Of a stretch of 64,000 nucleotides of DNA, positions 59,284-64,000 are shown one piece after another (within the stretch, counting starts at the first letter, position 1; the number at the start of each line of letters is the position of its first letter). The DNA is from Verrucomicrobiota bacterium. Its GTDB lineage: Bacteria > Verrucomicrobiota > Verrucomicrobiia > Palsa-1439. Position numbers and translations under genes: made by a program. Location: contig PLZV01000023.1 of assembly GCA_003152315.1 (NCBI GenBank), positions 4,905 to 68,904 of the forward strand, written 5' to 3'. The notes below the pieces were generated by a model that did not search any database, was not told where the DNA came from, and worked only from the letters and a program-made list of their open reading frames with translations.

Positions 59284-59919
59284 ATGGCCGATCTACGCTC
59301 TTACATTTTTCTCGATAGCTTGCAGCCGCAGGTGGCGTCATTCTTCGCCACGGTCTCGCAGGGTTTCCTGCCGATCGCGGGACAGGCTTCACTCTTCGTC
59401 GAGATTTCGCCCGGCATGGAGATCAATCGGGTCACCGACGTGGCGCTCAAGTCCACGAAAGTGACGCCCGGCATGCAGATTATTGAGCGCCTGTATGGAA
59501 TGCTCGAGATTCATTCCGAGTCCCAGGCCGACGTGCGCCAGGCGGGCGCGGCCATCCTCGAAGCGCTAAATCTCAAGGAGGAGGGCCGTTACAAGCCCCA
59601 GATTTTCAGCAGCAGCATCATCCGTCGCATTGACGACTATCATACGATGCTCATCAACCGCACGCGCCACGGCAATATGATCCTGCCCGGTCATACACTC
59701 TTCACGATGGAATGCGCGCCGGCCGCGTACGCCGCGTACGCCGCGAACGAGGCCGAAAAGGCCGCGGAGATCAACATCCTGGAGATTCGCGCGTTCGGCA
59801 GTTTCGGCCGCATTTATCTTGGGGGCGACGAGAAGGACATCGACGTTGCCGCCAAGGCCGCCGAGCAGGCGATCAACAGCGTCACCGGCCGCGAGATGAA
59901 GGGCAGTGGCGGCGGCTAG
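59284..59919 (+). CDS. BMC-T shell protein (circularly permuted, CsoS1D/CcmP-like)
   Basis: LRSYIFLDSLQPQ, IERLYGMLEIH, YAAYAANEAEKAA, GSFGRIYLGG. Confidence 0.92.
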   Translation: MADLRSYIFLDSLQPQVASFFATVSQGFLPIAGQASLFVEISPGMEINRVTDVALKSTKVTPGMQIIERLYGMLEIHSESQADVRQAGAAILEALNLKEEGRYKPQIFSSSIIRRIDDYHTMLINRTRHGNMILPGHTLFTMECAPAAYAAYAANEAEKAAEINILEIRAFGSFGRIYLGGDEKDIDVAAKAAEQAINSVTGREMKGSGGG

Positions 59920-59970
59920 ACTGCAGCAGACAATTTGAACCGATCACAAAAAACGTAAGGAGATCCGCAC

Positions 59971-60267
59971 ATGGCAGATGCATTAGGGTTGCTCGAAGCA
60001 CGTTCCTTCGCCGCGATGGTGGAAGGGGCCGATGCGATGGTCAAAGCCGCGAAGGTCGAACTCGTGAGCTATGAGAAGACCGGTGGCGGTTACGTCACGG
60101 CGGTCATTCGCGGCGATGTCGCCGCGGTGAAGGCCGCGACCGATGCCGGTCGCACGGCAGCCAGCCGCGTGGGCGAAGTGGTGGCGGTCCACGTCATCGC
60201 GCGTCCGCACGAGAATGTCGACGCCGTCGTCCCGCTGGGACGTGGCAACAAAGCTGCCAAGAAATAA
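59971..60267 (+). CDS. BMC-H hexamer shell protein (EutM/PduA-like)
   Basis: ALGLLE...ADAMVKAA...[19 protein letters not shown]...HVIARPH; strong AAGGAG RBS. Confidence 0.96.
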   Translation: MADALGLLEARSFAAMVEGADAMVKAAKVELVSYEKTGGGYVTAVIRGDVAAVKAATDAGRTAASRVGEVVAVHVIARPHENVDAVVPLGRGNKAAKK

Positions 60268-60280
60268 CAATTCACTCGGT

Positions 60281-60336
60281 GGACTGCTGATCGTTTGCGC
60301 CAACGCGGCGGCCAGCAGTCTTACCGGGAGTTTTTG
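60281..60336 (+). terminator. Stem-loop after the BMC-H gene (partial terminator or mRNA stabiliser)
   Basis: GACTGCTG...CAGCAGTC stem with a T-run shortly downstream. Confidence 0.45.
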
Positions 60337-60339
60337 CTT

Positions 60340-60630
60340 ATGAATCTTGGCAAAGTTGTCGGCACCGTCGTCGCCACGCGCAAGGAATCCAGCCTGGATG
60401 GCTTGAAGTTCATGCTCGTCAAGCACGTCGATCCCGAAGGCAAGGAAACCGGCGGCCAGGTGGTGGCCGTCGATGCGGTCGGCGCCGGCCCTGGCGAATT
60501 GGTGTTGATTGCCACGGGTAGCTCGGCGCGCCAGACCCTCGCCACGAAAGACCGGCCCTGCGACGCGGTCATCATGGCCATCGTGGACAGTTGGGAAATC
60601 GGCGGCACCGAGAAGTATCGAAAGGATTAG
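60340..60630 (+). CDS. BMC-P vertex protein (EutN/CcmL)
   Basis: [43 protein letters not shown]. Confidence 0.95.
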   Translation: MNLGKVVGTVVATRKESSLDGLKFMLVKHVDPEGKETGGQVVAVDAVGAGPGELVLIATGSSARQTLATKDRPCDAVIMAIVDSWEIGGTEKYRKD

Positions 60631-60636
60631 CGCGCC

Positions 60637-62091
60637 ATGGCTGGACTTAGCGAGCAAGAAATCGATCTTATCGCGCAACGCATTGTCGCCGACCTCACGG
60701 GACGCGGCGGAGCTTCAACTGCGAGCGCGGCGTCAGCATCGGCTTCGTCCCCTGCCCCGTTGCGCGACATCGGCATCTTCGACACCATCGACGAAGCGGT
60801 CAAGGCGGCCAGCATCGCTTTCTGTCAATTCGACCAGCAGGGCCTGAAGAAACGCAACGAGATCATCGCCTCGATTCGTCAATCGATGCGGGAACACGGC
60901 AGCACGCTGGCGCGCATGGCGCACGAAGAAACGGGGCTCGGTCGTTACGAGGACAAGATTCTCAAGAACCAACTGGTCACCGAGAAGACGCCCGGCACGG
61001 AAGATCTGCTCTCACACACCGTCACCGGTGACGACGGGCTGACGCTCACCGAGCCTGCGCCTTTCGGCGTCATTGGGGCCATCACGCCGACAACCAATCC
61101 GACCTCGACGATCATCAATAACACGATTGCGATGCTTTCGGCGGGGAATGCGGTGGTGTTCAATGTTCACCCAAATGCCAAGCGCGTCTCCTGCCACAAT
61201 GTCGCGCTCATCAACAAGGCCATTGTCGCCGCCGGCGGCCCGCGCAACCTCATTACGTGCGTGGCGAATCCGACGGTTGAAAGCGCACAGGCCTTGATGA
61301 AGTTTTCGGGCGTGCGTCTCGTTGTTGTTACGGGCGGCGGGGGCGTTGTGCACGCTGCGATGGCGAGCGGGAAGCGCGCCATTTGCGCCGGGCCCGGCAA
61401 TCCCCCGGTGGTGGTGGATGAGACGGCGGACATTGATAAGGCCGCACGCGACATCGTGTTCGGCGCGTCCTTCGACAACAACATTATCTGCGCCGATGAA
61501 AAGGAATGTCTCGTCGTTTCCAGCGTGGCTGACAAACTCATCAAGGCGATGACCTACAATGGCGCGTACTTGATCACGAAGGAACAATTGGCCGCCGTCG
61601 AGAAGGTGGTCTTCAAGAAAACTTCCGGCCCGCGCCAGGAAGCCGAGATCGACCGCTCGCTGATTGGCAAGAATGCCAGCGTCATTTTGCAGAAGGCAGG
61701 CATTCGGTGTGATGACAGTATTCGGCTCGGCATTTGCGAAGTGGACCACGATCATCCCCTGCTCTGGACCGAGCAGATGATGCCGATTTTCCCGGTTACG
61801 CGCGTAAGGGATGCCGATGAAGGGATCGATTTCGCGATGCAACTGGAACATCCGCGACGGCACACGTTCGTCATGCATTCGGACAATCTCTCGAACCTCA
61901 GCCGCATGGCGCGCGAGTGCAACGCCAGCGTTTTCGTCAAGAACGGCCCATCACTGGCGGGCCTCGGCTTCAAGGGCGAAGGTCCCACGTCGTTCACTAT
62001 CGCCAGCCCCACGGGCGAAGGCATGACGACCCCGAGGAGTTTTTCACGTTGGCGCCGTTGCACGCTGGTCGGCGCATTTAGAATCGTATAA
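60637..62091 (+). CDS. Acylating aldehyde dehydrogenase (EutE/PduP-like) with N-terminal encapsulation peptide
   Basis: ETGLGRYEDKILKN, PTTNPTST, TGGGGVV, GPGNPPVVVDETAD, FDNNIICADEKE (catalytic Cys), EQMMP, FTIASPTGEG. Confidence 0.93.
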   Translation: MAGLSEQEIDLIAQRIVADLTGRGGASTASAASASASSPAPLRDIGIFDTIDEAVKAASIAFCQFDQQGLKKRNEIIASIRQSMREHGSTLARMAHEETGLGRYEDKILKNQLVTEKTPGTEDLLSHTVTGDDGLTLTEPAPFGVIGAITPTTNPTSTIINNTIAMLSAGNAVVFNVHPNAKRVSCHNVALINKAIVAAGGPRNLITCVANPTVESAQALMKFSGVRLVVVTGGGGVVHAAMASGKRAICAGPGNPPVVVDETADIDKAARDIVFGASFDNNIICADEKECLVVSSVADKLIKAMTYNGAYLITKEQLAAVEKVVFKKTSGPRQEAEIDRSLIGKNASVILQKAGIRCDDSIRLGICEVDHDHPLLWTEQMMPIFPVTRVRDADEGIDFAMQLEHPRRHTFVMHSDNLSNLSRMARECNASVFVKNGPSLAGLGFKGEGPTSFTIASPTGEGMTTPRSFSRWRRCTLVGAFRIV

Positions 62092-62116
62092 CACAGATGA
62101 CCGTATCCCGAATTCC

Positions 62117-62180
62117 TGTAGTCGCAGGCTTTAGCCTGCGCTGGGTACAAAAGGCGCGCACCCTAAAGGGTGCGGCTACA
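62117..62180. repeat. Inverted pair of GTAG-type REP elements
   Basis: GTAGTCGCAGGCTTTAGCCTGCG ... CGCACCCTAAAGGGTGCGGCTAC. Confidence 0.75.
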
Positions 62181-62197
62181 GAACGCTTGAAATTGTT

Positions 62198-62812
62198 GTG
62201 AAGAAATATCCCGCCATCGCGGTTATCGAATTCAGCAGCATCGCCGACGGCATTTTTACCGTCGACGCGATCCTGAAGAAGGCGCCCATTGCCATGATCA
62301 AGGGTGGAACGGTCAGCGGCGGGCGCTATCTCACCATTTTTGGCGGCACGACCGGCAGCGTCAGTGAATCGCTTAGCGAAGCGCTCGTCATTGGCGCGGG
62401 CAGCGTGCTGGATCACGCGTTCCTGCCGGATGTGCACGAGAAGATTCATGATGCCATGTTGGGCAAACGGATTGATTCCGGGCAAAACTCTGTGGCCATT
62501 CTGGAAACCGACACGATTGCCGCCAACATCCGCGCCGCGGAAGTCGCCATCAAGGGGACGGAAGTGAATTTGGTCGAGTTGCGGCTCGCGGAGTACGAGA
62601 TGTCGGGCAAAGCCATCAGCCTGTATAGCGGTGTGTTGGAAGAGATCCAGTCGGCGATGAATATCGCCAGCGATTTCCTGCGCGGGCGTCAGGCGTTCAC
62701 GCATTACCGCATCATCGCGCACCCTCACGAAGCGCTCGCCCGTCAACTCGATGACACGACGCGGTACAACGACGCGAAGTTGCACGAACTGGAAGGCGAG
62801 GAGGCAAGCTGA
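62198..62812 (+). CDS. Tandem BMC-domain shell protein (BMC-T, PduT-like topology)
   Basis: AIAVIEFSSIADG...DAILKKA and VAILETDTIAANIRAAEVAIK...GGK-like, RIIAHPH. Confidence 0.88.
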   Translation: MKKYPAIAVIEFSSIADGIFTVDAILKKAPIAMIKGGTVSGGRYLTIFGGTTGSVSESLSEALVIGAGSVLDHAFLPDVHEKIHDAMLGKRIDSGQNSVAILETDTIAANIRAAEVAIKGTEVNLVELRLAEYEMSGKAISLYSGVLEEIQSAMNIASDFLRGRQAFTHYRIIAHPHEALARQLDDTTRYNDAKLHELEGEEAS

Positions 62813-62848
62813 TGAAGCGAGTGTATCGCGAGCTTTCGACGCGTCCTT

Positions 62849-62872
62849 CGGCGGTCATAGACCGCCGCTACA
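62849..62872 (-). repeat. GTAG-type REP hairpin
   Basis: Reverse complement TGTAGCGGCGGTCTATGACCGCCG. Confidence 0.7.
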
Positions 62873-62888
62873 GCGGAGGGGCCTTGTA

Positions 62889-63158
62889 ATGCTGCTGGGT
62901 AAGGTCATTGGCACGCTCACGCCCTGCGTCGTGTACACGGGACTCGAAGGCGTCCCGATGCTTTGGATTCAACCGCTCGATAAACAGGGTCAACCGAAGG
63001 GCGAGCCGTTGGTCGCCTGCGATGGCACGCGCATGGCTGGGCCCGAAGAGCTGGTGTATTACGAAGGCGGGCGCGAGGCGGCGATGCTGCTGGAGCCATG
63101 GTTTGTGCCCGTCGATCACGCGATTGTTGGGATTGTTGATGAATTGCATGCGGAATAG
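62889..63158 (+). CDS. BMC-P vertex protein (EutN/CcmL), second copy
   Basis: MLLGKVIGT, LVACD, AGPEELV, GREAA, PVDHAIVGIVD. Confidence 0.9.
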   Translation: MLLGKVIGTLTPCVVYTGLEGVPMLWIQPLDKQGQPKGEPLVACDGTRMAGPEELVYYEGGREAAMLLEPWFVPVDHAIVGIVDELHAE

Positions 63159-63188
63159 GGGTGAGGTGAGCTTGAAGACGGAGACAAG

Positions 63189-63242
63189 CGGCCACGACGG
63201 AGCGTGGCCCTCCAACGGCGCGCCCGGCGGTCGCGCCCTACC
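63189..63242 (-). repeat. Two tandem REP-like hairpins (GGAG- and GTAG-led)
   Basis: Reverse complements GGAGGGCCACGCTCCGTCGTGGCCG and GGTAGGGCGCGACCGCCGGGCGCGCC. Confidence 0.65.
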
Positions 63243-63259
63243 AAAGGCCCGGCTTTGAC

Positions 63260-63532
63260 ATGATCATCGGCACTGTCAGGGGTAACATCGTTTCGACCAT
63301 CAACCACCCGTTCTACGACGGCAAGAAGCTGATGATCGTCGAGAAAGAGGATTTTTCGGGGAAAGCCGGCGGCTACCTGATTGCCATCGATGGCGGCATG
63401 GGCGTCGGCGTCGGCGAGCGCGTGTTGGTCATTGATGAAGGCAACTCCGCCCGCCAGGTTGTGAAAGACAGCAAGGCCCCGCTGCGCTCGATTATTGTGG
63501 CGATAGTTGACCATGTCGATGCCGGGGCGTAG
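63260..63532 (+). CDS. BMC-P vertex protein (EutN/CcmL), third copy
   Basis: MIIGTVRGNIVST, GVGVGERVLVIDEGNSAR, PLRSIIVAIVD. Confidence 0.92.
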   Translation: MIIGTVRGNIVSTINHPFYDGKKLMIVEKEDFSGKAGGYLIAIDGGMGVGVGERVLVIDEGNSARQVVKDSKAPLRSIIVAIVDHVDAGA

Positions 63533-63544
63533 GTTTGGTGCGGC

Positions 63545-63745
63545 GTGAAATTTGATGTGACAGTGGAAGCGGGTGGTGACGGTTTCGTGGCGCAGTGCGA
63601 AAGCATGGCTTGCAGCGCCCAGGGCCTCAGTCCTACCAATGCGCTCGACTCCCTTCGCGATGAGATTCGTTATCGGCTTGAACTGTGTCCCTGCACTACC
63701 GTTAATGACGATTACGTTGAGTTGAATGTGGTGTCAGCGCTGTAA
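63545..63745 (+). CDS. Small HicB-like-fold protein with CPC motif
   Basis: FVAQC....SAQG.....ALDSLRDEI pattern; C-terminal LELCPC. Confidence 0.55.
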   Translation: MKFDVTVEAGGDGFVAQCESMACSAQGLSPTNALDSLRDEIRYRLELCPCTTVNDDYVELNVVSAL

Positions 63746-63795
63746 AATGGCCCCTGGAAGGTGAGGCGAGATTATCCCCAGACGTCCGAGAAGCT

Positions 63796-64000
63796 TCATA
63801 GCGGCGGTTGTGATGAAGTGACGCGCGCGTGTGGCCACAGCGCTTCGGCGCGATCTACTGGGGGATGAATGTCGATCAAGTGGACAGATTTGAGGTTGGG
63901 AGTAGAATCGCGGAGAAGATCGAGAACGGCTTGATCATAAGGATTGAATGCGAAGCCAAAGACGACAAGCTCAATGGCGGGTCTAAGAATTCGCTCTGCC
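63796..64000 (-). CDS. C-terminal part of a possible SIR2-like domain protein (5' end beyond window)
   Basis: Manual translation AERILRPAIELVVFGFAFNPYDQAVLDLLRDS...VHLIDI...; the GF.F...D pattern resembles the SIR2_2 C-terminal Rossmann strand. Confidence 0.5.
   Translation of the reverse strand, partial: AERILRPAIELVVFGFAFNPYDQAVLDLLRDSTPNLKSVHLIDIHPPVDRAEALWPHARVTSSQPPL

Overview
GC-rich bacterial chromosome segment, most likely Verrucomicrobiota. The evidence is PEP-CTERM, prepilin/H-X9-DG, GloVer-type repeats and secreted proteins sharing a C-terminal '[FY]YR' domain. From left to right: (1) Large secreted enzymes (a GloVer/beta-helix protein, a GH31-malectin protein), tRNA-Thr and housekeeping genes. 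(2) A 2.3-kb islet inserted in the 5' end of a gluconokinase gene and bounded by 85-bp direct repeats. In it, a kinase-like gene and a patatin gene are each preceded by a copy of a type I RM HsdS C-terminal tail. (3) A ~29-kb integrase-only genomic island (18231-47230) in tRNA-Arg(ACG). It duplicates the 5' half of the tRNA rather than the usual 3' half and has matching AGATTGCAA arm-site pairs at both ends. It carries an alginate/uronan utilisation locus without SusC/D: PL7, PL15, two PL38-like lyases, GH79, GH154/DUF2264, GH2, esterases, DEH reductase, SSS transporter, a pilin-like protein and a PEP-CTERM protein. Five copies of an AT-only palindrome TAATAATTATTA sit at its promoters next to an atypical LacI. 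(4) REP-like repeats, a secreted S53 peptidase, a beta-helix protein and an MFS transporter. (5) A sugar-phosphate-utilisation (SPU-type) bacterial microcompartment operon with an RpiB-DeoC fusion. All protein calls come from motif recognition by eye; no database searches were run.
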